Shown here: in pieces, positions 63,600 through 64,000 of the stretch | Layout of the letters: every line of letters starts with the position of its first letter | How positions within the stretch are numbered: the first letter of the stretch is position 1 | Assembly: GCA_977862235.1 (NCBI GenBank) | Contig: OZ374557.1 | Coordinates: forward strand, 3,100,001-3,164,000 | Reading direction: 5' to 3' | Length of the DNA stretch: 64,000 nt | Source of the DNA: Dudresnaya verticillata | Lineage: Eukaryota | Translations under genes and position numbers: made by a program | The notes under the pieces: model-generated | Database searches by the model: none | The model's input: only the letters and a program-made list of their open reading frames with translations | What the model was told of the DNA's origin: nothing

Positions 63600-63902
63600 C
63601 TGTTATTATAAATGTGCATTGCCGATGAGTAGTTTGGCTGTCCTGATTAACGAAGTACTCGTCCCCGTAACAGCTGTTTGTACTGAGACCGGCTTGTAGC
63701 TTGCATCTCCGTTCGAGTCGGAACGATAGAATGCACCACGGGACTCTTCAATACTACCGAAGGATGGTCCCTTTTAGTTGTAGGACGCACGCGTCGTACT
63801 AAGCTAGTTTCGAATATGAATAAGTGCTTGGTACAGTAACAAAGGTTGTGTTTACTTGTTCGATACTCTTTGCCGTTCATGAATGCCTTTAAGTACAAGG
63901 CA

Positions 63903-63961
63903 AAACTATTTTTTAGTTTACTAGCCTTACAAGGCAAGGCTAGTAAACTAAAAAATAGTTT
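63903..63961. repeat. Perfect hairpin, 26-bp arms, 7-nt loop
   Basis: aaactattttttagtttactagcctt-acaaggc-aaggctagtaaactaaaaaatagttt. Confidence 0.95.
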
Positions 63962-64000
63962 ACTGGGCAAAGGAGGGGTGCCACGAAGAAGATAACTCTA

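Larger units (their letters stand above)
33179..63800. mobile_element. Giant multi-gene KDZ-type DNA transposon, element B (decayed; contains nested LTR element; ends approximate)
   Basis: KDZ transposase, PIF1, Ulp1 and the conserved unknown gene are homologous to element A. Span is delimited by the first and last GACGCAYGCGTC-like motifs. Confidence 0.65.

Overview
Eukaryotic, transposon-dominated window. It is probably red algal; this is inferred from the intron-poor genes and the 'H-x-x-x-VH' C2H2 zinc-finger genes, not demonstrated. Two diverged, decayed, multi-gene DNA elements (A, ~1.3-25.5 kb; B, ~33.2-63.8 kb) flank a small host island holding two divergent C2H2 zinc-finger genes and a compound microsatellite. 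Both elements carry the same four core genes in shuffled order: a SWIM/CxC-KDZ (Kyakuja/Dileera/Zisupton-type) DDE transposase, a PIF1-family helicase, a Ulp1/C48 peptidase and a conserved protein of unknown function. Their cargo differs: A has a Upf1/Sen1-like SF1 helicase and an orphan ORF; B has a ParB/Srx-like protein and a possible degenerate 2OG-dioxygenase-like ORF. Each element is marked by its own dispersed palindromic DNA motif (A: CTGTGAAA-N4-TTTCACAG in ~30-bp-period arrays; B: GACGCATGCGTC). All six genes of A are preceded by a shared ~18-bp motif. A complete 13.1-kb chromodomain Ty3/Gypsy retrotransposon (773-bp LTRs, ACAGT target-site duplication) is nested in the ParB-like gene and carries an extra 4.5-kb antisense-ORF region behind a duplicated PPT. 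All family calls come from motifs read by eye; no searches were run.
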